Origin: a bacterium
GTDB taxonomy: Bacteria > Patescibacteriota > Saccharimonadia > UBA4664 > JBBRNT01
Length of the DNA: 58,795 bases
Reading direction: 5' to 3'
NCBI GenBank assembly: GCA_043767845.1
Contig: JAYUFZ010000024.1
Location: forward strand, 1-58,795
Under the pieces are notes generated by a model. The model did no database searches and was not told where the DNA came from. It worked only from the letters and a program-made list of their open reading frames with translations. Numbering within the stretch: position 1 is the stretch's first letter; every line of letters begins with the position of its first letter. A program made the translations under genes and the position numbers. This document shows, one piece after another, positions 39,377 through 48,880 of the stretch.

Positions 39377-40447
39377 ATGGCTCACGCCGGACTCAAAATT
39401 GAATTATTTCTCGAACAGGTCATTAAGCTTGATGCCTCAGACTTGCACATCCAAGTAGGCGTGCCTCCAATGTTGCGCGTCGATGGCAGCCTCAGGCCTT
39501 GTGAGGGCGCCGAGGTGATGGACGGCGACGATATCGAGCACTTGATCTTCTCGCTGCTCGACGAGGACCAGAAAGCGATATTGCTCAAAGACAAGGAAGT
39601 CGACTTCTCCTTTGCCTTTGGTGATCTAGGCCGCTTCCGTGTCAACGCCTTCCATGAGCGGGGGAATCTGGCTGCTGCCTTGCGCTTGATCCCGACCAAG
39701 ATCCGTACCCTTGAAGAGCTGGGCATGCCAAAGGCCCTCATGGATTTCACCAAGTACCCGCGTGGCCTGGTGCTAGTGACTGGCCCGACCGGCTCCGGTA
39801 AGTCCACGACGCTGGCTGCCATGCTTGACCGGATTAATACTGAGCGCGCCTGCCACATTATTACCATTGAAGATCCGATCGAGTACGCCCACCACTCCAA
39901 GAAATCGATCGTCGTCCAGCGCGAATTGCACTATGATACTTATTCCTTCGGCGCTGCGCTGCGCTCTAGCTTACGTGAAGACCCGGATGTCGTTCTGGTG
40001 GGTGAGATGCGCGACCTCGAGACCATTGCCTCGGCTATCACCATTGCTGAAACCGGCCACTTGGTACTGGCTACGCTGCACACCAACTCGGCCGCCCAAT
40101 CCATCGACCGTATGATCGATGTCTTCCCGCCGCACCAGCAGCAGCAGATTCGCGTCCAGCTGGCTGGCATGCTGCAGGGCATCTGTGCCCAGCGTTTGAT
40201 CCCGGCTATTGGCGGGGGACGGGTAGTCGGCGCTGAGATTCTTGTTGCCACTCCGGCTGTCCGCAATATTATCCGCGAGGGCAAGACCCATCAGCTTGAT
40301 GCTGTAATCCAGACCGGTGCCGAATACGGCATGCAATCAATGGATAAGACCCTCGTAGGCCTGATCCACGCCGGTACCATTAGTTTTGAGGAAGCCAAGA
40401 ACTTTGCTGTCGACTTGAGCGAGCTCGAGCGCTTGATGCGTGGCTAA
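39377..40447 (+). CDS. pilT: type IV pilus retraction ATPase PilT
   Basis: ASDLH, GPTGSGKSTT, LREDPD, AETGH, AVRNIIRE, GMQSM. Confidence 0.98.
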   Translation: MAHAGLKIELFLEQVIKLDASDLHIQVGVPPMLRVDGSLRPCEGAEVMDGDDIEHLIFSLLDEDQKAILLKDKEVDFSFAFGDLGRFRVNAFHERGNLAAALRLIPTKIRTLEELGMPKALMDFTKYPRGLVLVTGPTGSGKSTTLAAMLDRINTERACHIITIEDPIEYAHHSKKSIVVQRELHYDTYSFGAALRSSLREDPDVVLVGEMRDLETIASAITIAETGHLVLATLHTNSAAQSIDRMIDVFPPHQQQQIRVQLAGMLQGICAQRLIPAIGGGRVVGAEILVATPAVRNIIREGKTHQLDAVIQTGAEYGMQSMDKTLVGLIHAGTISFEEAKNFAVDLSELERLMRG

Positions 40448-41240
40448 TTCGACCTTGGCACTACTCGTCGCCCTCTATGGCCTGATCATTGGCAGCTTCA
40501 TTAATGCCCTAGTGTGGCGTATTAATACTGGCCGCTCGATCGCCAAAGGCCGCTCAATGTGTCCGGAGTGCAAGCATACCCTGGCGGCTAAGGATCTCGT
40601 GCCGGTCGTTAGCTGGGTGGTGCTCGCTGGCAAATGCCGCTATTGCAGCAAGGGTATTAGCTGGCAATATCCAGCCGTTGAACTACTGACCAGCGTGCTT
40701 TTCGGCTTGTCCTACTTCGCCTTGCTGCCGATCGGCCTGTGGGGTTGGATTTTGTTCGTGGGCTGGTTGATCGTGCTTGGGGGCTTGATTGTTCTCGCTG
40801 TCTACGACCTGCGTTGGATGATACTACCCGACGCTGTTGTGCTACCGATGGTTCTATTCTGGGGCGCAATATTGGCGATTGGCGGGCTGAGCCAAAACAT
40901 TGTCTGGGGGCTTATCCTCTATCACCTGATCGCGGCCTTTGCTGTTGGTGGTGGTTTTCTGATTTTGGCCACACTTGCCAAAGGCAAGTTGATGGGCGGG
41001 GGAGACGTCAAGCTGGGATTTCTGATGGGCCTGCTTCTCGGCTTGCGAGCCAGTGGCGTAGCCTTATTTATCGCCTTTAATAGTGCCGCGATTATTGGCC
41101 TGGCACTCATTGCCCTGAAGCTCAAAACCCGCAAAGACCATATTCCTTTTGGGCCGTTTTTGGTGCTTGGTACTGTGGTCGCTTTCTTGTATGGCCCGCA
41201 GATTATTGCATGGTATCTGGCTTTAAATGGGGTGCGTTAG
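40440..41240 (+). CDS. pilD: prepilin peptidase
   Basis: GSFIN, RSMCPEC...CRYC, MGGGDVKL, IPFGPFL. Confidence 0.97.
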   Translation: MANSTLALLVALYGLIIGSFINALVWRINTGRSIAKGRSMCPECKHTLAAKDLVPVVSWVVLAGKCRYCSKGISWQYPAVELLTSVLFGLSYFALLPIGLWGWILFVGWLIVLGGLIVLAVYDLRWMILPDAVVLPMVLFWGAILAIGGLSQNIVWGLILYHLIAAFAVGGGFLILATLAKGKLMGGGDVKLGFLMGLLLGLRASGVALFIAFNSAAIIGLALIALKLKTRKDHIPFGPFLVLGTVVAFLYGPQIIAWYLALNGVR

Positions 41241-41410
41241 AGATATTGACGGAATGACTATTTAGCAGTATAGTCTAGCAGTATTTTGACATAGCTTGAG
41301 GATGGCATACTCCCACTAATCTTTAGTAGCAGTATGCCGTTCTCAATGCAAGTTGAGATCATTGCTGCGCTTCTCGCATCAGTGCACACCTACGGCAGAA
41401 AGCGGCCACC

Positions 41411-42187
41411 ATGGCCACCGTCGAAGACATAGTCAAGCTGGGTGCTCAAGCTCAGGAGATCATCAAGCGAGTTGGCAACAACTCACTTGACCCCGGGATA
41501 GTTCGCAAGATCTTCCAGGGAATAATCGAACAGAAGCCGCCCGCCTATAAGGATACGTCTAGCACGACAGTTCTTGAGGCATCGACTCTGATGGGTAGTA
41601 ACTTCCATGGAATTGAGGACGTTGAGCGCTGTTTCAAGGTCAAGTTCTCGGGTCAGCGACTGAATGTGCTAGTGGCAAAGGTTCCTTTTAGCGCCAAGGT
41701 GCTGGCGGAATGCGCTGAGACACATTTGCTGGTTGCTGGCATCCCTCTACGGTTAGAGGACATGGCTTGGGCTACGAATGGCTTGTACCGTGGGGATTTC
41801 GTTCCTTGGTACGAGAACCCGAAACACTCATCCTTTGCCGAGCTGCGGCTAGAGTTGGGCTGGCATCTAGTGCGCAAGAGTGCGCTGCCTGGTTCGCTTG
41901 GTAAGTCGCCGGGCGAACAATATGAACTTCTAGGTAGCGAAGATTATATCCCATCAGCTGGTCTGGTGGTCTATGCTGCACTGTTGCATGCTGAGACCAC
42001 CGGTGAGCGTATTTTGCCCGACTTTTACGTCTATACAACTGACGAACTAAGAGTCAGTACAATTTTGGGAGGTCGTCGTGTACTTGTCGGCCAATTTGCT
42101 TCCAATGGGTTGTTGATCACAAGCTGGCATGGGTCTCCAAGAGACTATATTGGGTTGGCAACTGCTCGTAAGTCGACGACGCGTTAG
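41411..42187 (+). CDS. hypothetical protein, possible C-type-lectin-like C-terminus
   Basis: 258-aa ORF with own promoter (TTGACG-17-TATAGT), structured leader and terminator; ends RVLVGQF...GLLI..W......IGLATARK. Confidence 0.7.
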   Translation: MATVEDIVKLGAQAQEIIKRVGNNSLDPGIVRKIFQGIIEQKPPAYKDTSSTTVLEASTLMGSNFHGIEDVERCFKVKFSGQRLNVLVAKVPFSAKVLAECAETHLLVAGIPLRLEDMAWATNGLYRGDFVPWYENPKHSSFAELRLELGWHLVRKSALPGSLGKSPGEQYELLGSEDYIPSAGLVVYAALLHAETTGERILPDFYVYTTDELRVSTILGGRRVLVGQFASNGLLITSWHGSPRDYIGLATARKSTTR

Positions 42188-42216
42188 CAGTCTACACGAA
42201 CTGATCGTTACATTGC

Positions 42217-42249
42217 ACCCACCCGGGTTTCCTGGGTGGGTTTTGTTTT
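42217..42249 (+). terminator. rho-independent terminator
   Basis: acccacccggg-ttt-cctgggtgggt followed by tttgtttt. Confidence 0.85.
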
Positions 42250-42251
42250 GG

Positions 42252-43178
42252 TCAGTCCGATTTTTGCTTCTGTCCATGGAACCGCTCGTGGACGCTTTTG
42301 AGTTGCGGGTCGGTGATGTGGGTATAGATCTGGGTGGTGGAGATGTTGGCGTGACCCAACAGGCCTTGGACGCTGCGGATATCGGCACCGTTGAGCAAGA
42401 GATCGGTAGCGAAGGAGTGCCGCAGGGTGTGCGGGGTAACGTCCTTGGTAATACCCGCTTGGCCTGCGTAGCGTTTTACTAAGCGTTGAACGCTGCGCGG
42501 GGTCAGGCGGGTAAAGCTGCCGCCGTCGGTGCCGTCTTTTGATCCGGAGTAGTGGATGAACAGTGGCCGGAAGTCGTCGGTACGGGTTTTGAGGTATTTG
42601 TCGAGCCAGTCGGCCGCCGCCGGGCTAATGAATACCGGCCGGTCTTTTTGGCCTTTGCCGCGGACGCTGAACTCGCCACGGTCGAGGTTGATATGGGAGA
42701 TGTCGGTGTTGACTAATTCCGATACGCGCAGGCCACTGGAGAAGAGTAGCTCGAGCATCGCCCGGTCCCTGAGGCCGATCGGATTGGTCGTATCAACTGT
42801 CGCAAACAACCGTTCTAATTCCTCGGCTTCTAGGAAGCTGACTTGTGGGCGAGTCGTCTTGGCTAGTTCGATCTTGGCCATGTCGAGGGCCGCAATATCG
42901 CGCTTGGCCAAATATTTAAGAAAGCTGCGCAAAGCAATGAGGTGGTAGTTTTGGGTGGCTTTGGAGAGCGACTGGCCTTTCTGGTCTTCGATGCGGGCAA
43001 GCCACAAACGGAACTTGCGCAATGCCTCTGGTGTGAGTTTGGCGAGCCTGTCGTCTTCGCCCATAAACTCGACCAACCGGCGGAGGTAGTGGTCGTAGTT
43101 GGCGATGGTCTTTTGGGACCGATTTTGTTCGATCTCAAGGTATTCTAGAAAGTCTGTGATTAATTCGCTTATGCTCAT
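42252..43178 (-). CDS. XerC/XerD-family tyrosine recombinase
   Basis: SAM-like N-domain, RDRAMLELLFSSGLRVSEL, GKG.K.R, HTLRHSFAT, LLGH, TTQIYTH. Confidence 0.95.
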   Translation of the reverse strand: MSISELITDFLEYLEIEQNRSQKTIANYDHYLRRLVEFMGEDDRLAKLTPEALRKFRLWLARIEDQKGQSLSKATQNYHLIALRSFLKYLAKRDIAALDMAKIELAKTTRPQVSFLEAEELERLFATVDTTNPIGLRDRAMLELLFSSGLRVSELVNTDISHINLDRGEFSVRGKGQKDRPVFISPAAADWLDKYLKTRTDDFRPLFIHYSGSKDGTDGGSFTRLTPRSVQRLVKRYAGQAGITKDVTPHTLRHSFATDLLLNGADIRSVQGLLGHANISTTQIYTHITDPQLKSVHERFHGQKQKSD

Positions 43179-43269
43179 TGCTATATTGTAGCCTGTGGGC
43201 TAGTTTTGGCCAAGTGTCGCACAACACAATATTATTGCCACCAGATTGGCCAAGCTGTAGACTTGAGGC

Positions 43270-45210
43270 ATGAAGGTGGCTTTTTTCAGATTATCCCGCT
43301 TGCAGTTGGCTACTTTGGCTTTGGCGCTATGTTGCATGCCGTGGCTTCGCGGTGGACGCGATGCCGCCGGCTTGGTTGTTATCTATGCCTGCCTAATGGT
43401 CGGCTTTTTTCTGGCCTGGCGCCTGCTGGAAAGCCACTATTTTCGAATATCAAAACTGGCCTTGTGGGCGATAGCCTTCGGTCTGTATGGTGCAACCTCG
43501 ATACTATGGTCGGTAAATCGCTATGTCACGGTGGTTTGGATATTTGGTTTCGGCCTGGCCTTACTAGCGGCCTTACTGGCCGGGGTGCTAGCCACGAGCA
43601 AGGGAGGCTGGGCAGTTTTTGAGCGTGCTTACCTGGAAATAGCGGCTATCGTCAGCCTGATCGGTATATGGCTGTTCATGACAGCCGACTACGACCGTCT
43701 AACCTCGCTGTTCTACTGGGCGAACCCAGCGGCAACCTTTTTATTGCCTGCTGTGTTTATAGCCACCTGGCGCTTTGTGAAAGGCCGGGGACTGTATAGT
43801 GGCTTGCTCGCAACTGTTATATCATCAGCCTTTGTGCTTACTTTTTCCCGCGCAGCCAGCCTGGTGTTCCTGGCATCAATGATATTATTTTTGGCTTGGG
43901 AGAAGCCCAAAAAAGCCTATTGGATAAATTTTGTGTTCATTGTATTTGCCAGTCTTTTACTTGTTCGCATTGTCGGCCAAGTACGATCTAGCTCGTCGCA
44001 TAGCGCTTCAATTTCTCAAGCCACCCGGTTCAAGGAAGCCATAAAGGGTGAGTCCACAAGTTTAGATGACAGGCTGTACTACTTGCGTAGCGCGGTAGCT
44101 ATCTGGCGCGACTATCCATTGCTTGGTAGTGGCGCGGGCAGCTTCCCTACGATGCATACTCAGTACCAGTATCGGGTTATTAGTGCTGGCAGCAATACTC
44201 ACAATGTCTACGCGCAGTGGGTGAGTGAGCTGGGCTTGATGGGCGCAGTTTTGCTGATTGGCCTGCTTTATGAGCTGCTGACCGGTCTCTATCGGAGAGC
44301 GAAGCAGGACCCCGCCTTGCGCGCGGCAGTCTGCGGGCTGGTAGCTATGCTTTTGCACCTCGGCTTCGACATTGGTGCCAGCTTCCCGGCTGTATTGATG
44401 CTTGCGGCTATACTTATTGGCTACTTATATCAGCCCGGCCCTGTAGCGCATCGTTTGGCGAAGCGCTACCACATCTATTGGCCAGTGGCGGCTTTGATGA
44501 TAATTGGTTTTCTACCATTGCTTGGGTATTACCGGTCGCTTGAATACGCCGCCAGCGCGCAGGCTGCCCAGGACAATGGCGACCTTACTGAAGCAGCTGG
44601 TGACTACCAGGCCGCCCACCTGGAGCTGGTCTACAATCCCGATACCTTGACCGGTGAGGGTATCAATGACTATGTCATGGCTACTAATGGTTTCGAACCA
44701 AAGCTAAATTTGCTCTTTGCCCGCCTGCGAGCTGAGACAGCCATCAAACAAGACCCGCACGACGCTCAGCAATGGTTCTTTTTGGGTCGGGTGGCGCGGG
44801 CGCAGGGTGATATTCGGGTAGCCACAGACGCCTACGTCCAGGCCTTGCGCCTCGACCGTTATAATCATCCGATGTACTATAGCGATTTGGCCGATTACTA
44901 TGTCTATCAAAAGCATATCGGGCTGGCCATTGAGCTGGCCACAAGTGGTCTCAAGCTCTACCCGCCAGAGGTGCTTGCCAATAGGAATCAGGACGAGAGT
45001 TTACAGAGCGGAGTTGGTAATCTGTACATATCCAGGGCCAAAGCCTATATCCAGGATGACCAGTTGGATCTGGCTCGCCTCGATATTACAAGTGCGCTGA
45101 AGGCCGACCCGGCTAATACCAGTGCCAAGCGGCTAGAAGCGATCTTGCCTGCTATGCCTGAGCAGCCGCCGAAGCTATTAGACGGTGCTGGGCAATCATT
45201 AGAATACTAA
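43270..45210 (+). CDS. O-antigen ligase / oligosaccharyltransferase-family membrane protein with C-terminal TPRs
   Basis: Many TMs, TFSR, R..Y...A..IW...PLLGSG.G.F, HN.Y.Q..SELG..G, TPR-like helices. Confidence 0.87.
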   Translation: MKVAFFRLSRLQLATLALALCCMPWLRGGRDAAGLVVIYACLMVGFFLAWRLLESHYFRISKLALWAIAFGLYGATSILWSVNRYVTVVWIFGFGLALLAALLAGVLATSKGGWAVFERAYLEIAAIVSLIGIWLFMTADYDRLTSLFYWANPAATFLLPAVFIATWRFVKGRGLYSGLLATVISSAFVLTFSRAASLVFLASMILFLAWEKPKKAYWINFVFIVFASLLLVRIVGQVRSSSSHSASISQATRFKEAIKGESTSLDDRLYYLRSAVAIWRDYPLLGSGAGSFPTMHTQYQYRVISAGSNTHNVYAQWVSELGLMGAVLLIGLLYELLTGLYRRAKQDPALRAAVCGLVAMLLHLGFDIGASFPAVLMLAAILIGYLYQPGPVAHRLAKRYHIYWPVAALMIIGFLPLLGYYRSLEYAASAQAAQDNGDLTEAAGDYQAAHLELVYNPDTLTGEGINDYVMATNGFEPKLNLLFARLRAETAIKQDPHDAQQWFFLGRVARAQGDIRVATDAYVQALRLDRYNHPMYYSDLADYYVYQKHIGLAIELATSGLKLYPPEVLANRNQDESLQSGVGNLYISRAKAYIQDDQLDLARLDITSALKADPANTSAKRLEAILPAMPEQPPKLLDGAGQSLEY

Positions 45211-47014
45211 GGTCGGCCGGGGTGACGCCCTGGATACGGCCTGCTTGGCCGAGGGTGGCAGGGGAGACTTCTTTGAGGCGGAGGCGGGCTTCGTTGCGCA
45301 GGCCTTTGATCTCGTCATAGGCGATGGCTACCGTCATAGGCGAGTTCTCGAGATGGCTGAGTTTTTCAGCAAAGCGCAGTTGCTTGGCGAAGTAGCCGCT
45401 GTATTTGGCTTCGAGCTCTAGCTGCTCGTCGATCTCTCGGTCGAAGGCGGGGATGTCGAAATCTTGGCGAATCCTTGGCATGTCGATTTCGGGCCGCGAT
45501 AGGTACTGCCAGGCGGAAATTCTTTGTTCATCTATAACCTGAGTAACTTTTTTTAGCTGAACACTAAGTTTGTTCACTTCATCTGATTTGTGCTTTACTC
45601 GAGCCATAGTAGGCTTGTCGATAAGCCCTAATTCGTAGCCGATTTTGGTCAACCGTAGGTCGGCGTTGTCGTTACGTAGGAGCAAGCGATACTCAGCCCG
45701 TGAAGTAAACATGCGGTAGGGCTCGACGTGAATCTTCGTTACCAGGTCGTCGATTAAGACGCCGATATAGGCTTGGTCGCGGCCGAGGGTGAAGGCTGGC
45801 TTGGATTGGGTTAAGCGGGCGGCGTTGATACCGGCGATGAGCCCCTGGGCGGCGGCTTCTTCATAGCCAGTCGTGCCGTTGATCTGGCCGGCCATAAACA
45901 AGCCTTTAGCAACCTTGGTCTCGAGGCTGTTTTTTAATTGATGCGGGAAGAAGAAGTCGTAGACGACTGAGTAGCCATAGGCTAGGAACTTAGCTTTTTC
46001 CAGTCCGGGGATGGTGTGGATGATAGCTTCTTGGAGTTCTGGCGGGAAGGCCAACGAACCGCCTTGGATATACATTTTTTCTTCACTGCGGCCGGTAGGC
46101 TCGATGAAGATCGGGTGCCGGTCACGGTCCGGGAAATTCATTACTTTACGGTCGAGAGAAGGGCAGCTACGTGGGGCGCGCTCAGAGGCCAGGCCATTGT
46201 AGATGGGCGAGAGGGCGAGATTATCAAGGATTAGCTTATGGGTTTCGGGGGTGGTATAAGTGCCATAACAGGGGATTTGATCATCGAGGTTCATTAATTG
46301 TTTGTTGGGGTAGCTGAAGCTGATTGAGCCGGCACTACCTGGGGCAAGCTCCATCTTGGAGTAGTCCAAGCTGTCTTTGGCTAGGCGGGGAGGGGTGCCG
46401 GTCTTGAGGCGGCCGTGCTCGAGGCCAAGAGCAGAGAGGCTGTCGGTGAGGCCAAGGCTCGATTTCTCGTCCATCCGGCCGCCGTCCTTGATAACTTTGT
46501 CGCCCATGATGATCTTGCCGGTCATGAATGTGCCGGTGCAGATAATGACCGAGCCTGCGCCGATATGTGTGCCGTCACCGGTGATGACGCCGGTAATCTG
46601 GCCCGACTTAGAGGTGACTTGCTTGACCTCATCCTCGTAGAACTCTAGGCCATTCATAGCGATCAACTCTTCAAGCATATTGGCGTTATAGGTGCTTTGC
46701 TCGATCTGGGCGCGGTAGGCTCGGACAGCTGGACCCTTTGAGGTGTTCAGCTCCTTCATTTGGATGGCACTAGAGTCGGCAATTTTGGCCATGACGCCGC
46801 CAAGAGCGCCGATCTCGCGGACTAAGTGCCCCTTGCCTGGCCCGCCGATGCTCGGGTTACAGGGGAGGGTGGCGACTTTGGCTAGGGTGGTGGTGATGAG
46901 TAGGGTAGAGGCGCCCAGCTTGGCAGCACTAATAGCCGCCTCGCAACCAGCGTGTCCGGCACCCACCACAATTACGTCGTAATAGTCCGATTGTTTAAAT
47001 ATAGCTTTGCTCAT
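45152..47014 (-). CDS. mnmG: tRNA U34 5-carboxymethylaminomethyl modification enzyme MnmG/GidA
   Basis: GAGHAGCEAA, CNPSIGG, SKGPAV, KTGTPPRL, AGQINGTTGYEEAAAQG, YRMFTSRAEYRL. Confidence 0.98.
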   Translation of the reverse strand: MSKAIFKQSDYYDVIVVGAGHAGCEAAISAAKLGASTLLITTTLAKVATLPCNPSIGGPGKGHLVREIGALGGVMAKIADSSAIQMKELNTSKGPAVRAYRAQIEQSTYNANMLEELIAMNGLEFYEDEVKQVTSKSGQITGVITGDGTHIGAGSVIICTGTFMTGKIIMGDKVIKDGGRMDEKSSLGLTDSLSALGLEHGRLKTGTPPRLAKDSLDYSKMELAPGSAGSISFSYPNKQLMNLDDQIPCYGTYTTPETHKLILDNLALSPIYNGLASERAPRSCPSLDRKVMNFPDRDRHPIFIEPTGRSEEKMYIQGGSLAFPPELQEAIIHTIPGLEKAKFLAYGYSVVYDFFFPHQLKNSLETKVAKGLFMAGQINGTTGYEEAAAQGLIAGINAARLTQSKPAFTLGRDQAYIGVLIDDLVTKIHVEPYRMFTSRAEYRLLLRNDNADLRLTKIGYELGLIDKPTMARVKHKSDEVNKLSVQLKKVTQVIDEQRISAWQYLSRPEIDMPRIRQDFDIPAFDREIDEQLELEAKYSGYFAKQLRFAEKLSHLENSPMTVAIAYDEIKGLRNEARLRLKEVSPATLGQAGRIQGVTPADLSILMIAQHRLIASAAAQA

Positions 47015-47060
47015 TCGGGCGTTATTGTAGCTGAAAACAGCCCGGATTACCAGGCTCAGC

Positions 47061-47103
47061 ATAGAAGGTTACCTTTTTACGCAGAAGAAAGGTAACCTTC
47101 TAT
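47061..47103. repeat. REP/REPIN palindrome copy 1
   Basis: atagaaggttaccttt-N11-aaaggtaaccttctat, perfect 16-bp inverted repeat. Confidence 0.9.
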
Positions 47104-47137
47104 TTACTTTCGGTATTTGTTTGGTATAATCTGGCGT

Positions 47138-47677
47138 ATGGCAAATATTGTAAGGTTTTTCTCGGAGAGCGGCTTCTATCACGTTTATAATCGTGGGGTT
47201 CATTGCGATGTTTTATTCTACGAGGATTTTGACTATCAATATTTCTTGCAACTTATTGGGGAACGTTGCAGCGACTATGGTATTACGATTATTGCTTACT
47301 GCTTAATGCGCAACCACTATCATTTTCTTCTAAGATTAGGCAACAACGACCAAGGAATACGTCATGCTATAGAGCGAGCGACCATGTCCTATGCTCGATA
47401 TTTTAATAAGAAATATCAGCAGTCGGGAAGGCTGTTCCAAGGACCATATCGGTCAAAGGTTGTGCTGAGCGACGAATATCTACTGCATCTCACGCACTAT
47501 ATCCACGCCAATCCTGCCGACTTTTGTGACCCCCTGCGGTATCGCTGGTCCAGTATCACTGCCTATACCAATCGAATAGCGGGCATTGCCAACCCTACCT
47601 ACATTCTAAAAATGCTCGGTAAACAGCCTTACGAACTTGAAGAAAGAAGGTTACCTTCTCGAGCGGAGAAAAGGTAA
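47138..47677 (+). mobile_element. REP-associated tyrosine transposase (RAYT, IS200-like Y1 HUH)
   Basis: YHVYNRG, AYCLMRNHYH (HUH), YFNKKY..SG.LFQG.Y, YIHANP, YRWSS; flanked by palindromes. Confidence 0.93.
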
Positions 47678-47683
47678 CCTTCT
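47645..47683. repeat. REP/REPIN palindrome copy 2 (contains the RAYT stop codon)
   Basis: agaaggttaccttctcgagcggagaaaaggtaaccttct. Confidence 0.9.
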
Positions 47684-47686
47684 AAT

Positions 47687-48028
47687 TTAGCACTGCTTTA
47701 ACCTGCTGAGCTCGTAGCTGATAATTTGGGCCAGTGTGGCTAGCCATACGTAAGATAATATGAGCCCAATTATCCAAAGTACTAAGCAAAAAGCAATCAA
47801 CTGGATAGAAGGTTGTTTACCCGTAAACCACAGGGTATAGGGTACGCCAACGACAAACAGTAAGCCAGCGGCGCTTCCTAAAGTCATTTGTGCAATAGCC
47901 ATCAGCCGCATTCCCAACCGTGCCTGCTTGTAGGAGCCGAAAGTAAGCATGGTTCGGCCAGTTTTAGATGATGTCACTACATCTCTGTCGGAAAGTTGCT
48001 TTAGCATGGAGAGCTCCTTAGTTACCAT
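47687..48028 (-). CDS. hypothetical two-TM membrane protein (start probably ATG 48008)
   Basis: Two hydrophobic segments; AAGGAG RBS before MLKQ. Confidence 0.6.
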   Translation of the reverse strand: MVTKELSMLKQLSDRDVVTSSKTGRTMLTFGSYKQARLGMRLMAIAQMTLGSAAGLLFVVGVPYTLWFTGKQPSIQLIAFCLVLWIIGLILSYVWLATLAQIISYELSRLKQC

Positions 48029-48050
48029 TGATTATCAACGATTTAAAATC

Positions 48051-48090
48051 AAAAAACCACCTTCGTGCTTAATGCAAAGGCGGCGGTTGG
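48051..48090 (-). terminator. terminator after the MOSC gene
   Basis: Minus strand gccgcctttgc...gcacgaaggtggttttttga. Confidence 0.6.
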
Positions 48091-48118
48091 GTTGGCCGGT
48101 GATCGAGGCGGAGTGGAC

Positions 48119-48754
48119 TTATTCCCAGTGATCGCCGATCGGGTGGTTGGCCGGGATCCAGATGGTGACACTATCACCGAGTTTGATCTTGCCGCCACAG
48201 TAGACGAAGCCGACGACGCCGCGCAGATCCTTGCCGGCTTTGGCGAAAGGCTGGGTTAGCTGTCTGTCGGGATAGTGCTCCTGGATGTTGCGATGCGGTA
48301 CAACGCATGGGTTATTTTCGCCCCAAACAGCCAACACCACCTTGCTGTGCTGGATGTCGTTGCCCTTTTTGCGGCCGAAGGTCAAAAGGCTTCCGGGTGG
48401 GAGTTGGCTGATTCCGCCGGCGAATCCACTAAGGATCAAGTTTTCTCCGAGCAGGCCATATTCATTAGTCGTCAAATCGGTGAATCCCATCCTATGCCAT
48501 ATGGCGATCAGCTCCTCAACACTGAGTGCCGAAAATTGGCGCATATTGGCAATGGGCACTTCTTTGCCGACGCCAATATCTCTGAGGACTTCCTCGCGGA
48601 CGTCCGAGAGCCGTGGACCGGCGTGTCGGTCGCCGTACAGACCTTGGTCAACATGGCAGAGTAGGTGGGGGACTGCCGTAGCGACAGACTGCTCATTAAA
48701 ATTGAGCCCAAGCCACACAACTGTGGCGGTTCCTATGATCTTGTGGTCGGGCAT
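48119..48754 (-). CDS. MOSC domain-containing protein
   Basis: GDRH, RQFS.LS.E, LGENL...G, conserved PC, RG....V..GG.I..GD.V. Confidence 0.88.
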   Translation of the reverse strand: MPDHKIIGTATVVWLGLNFNEQSVATAVPHLLCHVDQGLYGDRHAGPRLSDVREEVLRDIGVGKEVPIANMRQFSALSVEELIAIWHRMGFTDLTTNEYGLLGENLILSGFAGGISQLPPGSLLTFGRKKGNDIQHSKVVLAVWGENNPCVVPHRNIQEHYPDRQLTQPFAKAGKDLRGVVGFVYCGGKIKLGDSVTIWIPANHPIGDHWE

Positions 48755-48834
48755 GGCGCCCCTTTCGATTGTCAGGGTTCAGATCTAGCCCAGATTGTAG
48801 CATGGCCACCTGCTTGAGCAAACTTTGGCTAGTA

Positions 48835-48867
48835 GAAAAAGAAGGCCGCCCTCCAGGGAAGGGCGGC
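48835..48867 (-). terminator. terminator after plsX
   Basis: gccgccct/agggcggc stem followed by a U-rich tract on the minus strand. Confidence 0.75.
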
Positions 48868-48880
48868 GATAATGGGCGAA

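Noticed and set aside
41411-42250. Complete diversity-generating retroelement
   Set aside because: No reverse transcriptase, Avd or template-repeat/variable-repeat pair is visible in the window; only the target-like fold is kept as a tentative finding.
42252-43178. Tyrosine recombinase as an integron integrase acting on the REP cassettes
   Set aside because: It looks like a housekeeping XerC/D, with no evident IntI-specific insertion. It is separated from the island by two genes, and the palindromes lack attC RYYYAAC/GTTRRRY ends.
43179-43269. dif site next to the Xer recombinase
   Set aside because: No convincing 28-bp dif consensus with a TTATGTTAAA-type XerD arm; the region reads as divergent promoters.
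45152-45210. 59-nt convergent overlap between the ligase/TPR gene and mnmG
   Set aside because: It involves only poorly conserved C-terminal tails, which is common in compact genomes.
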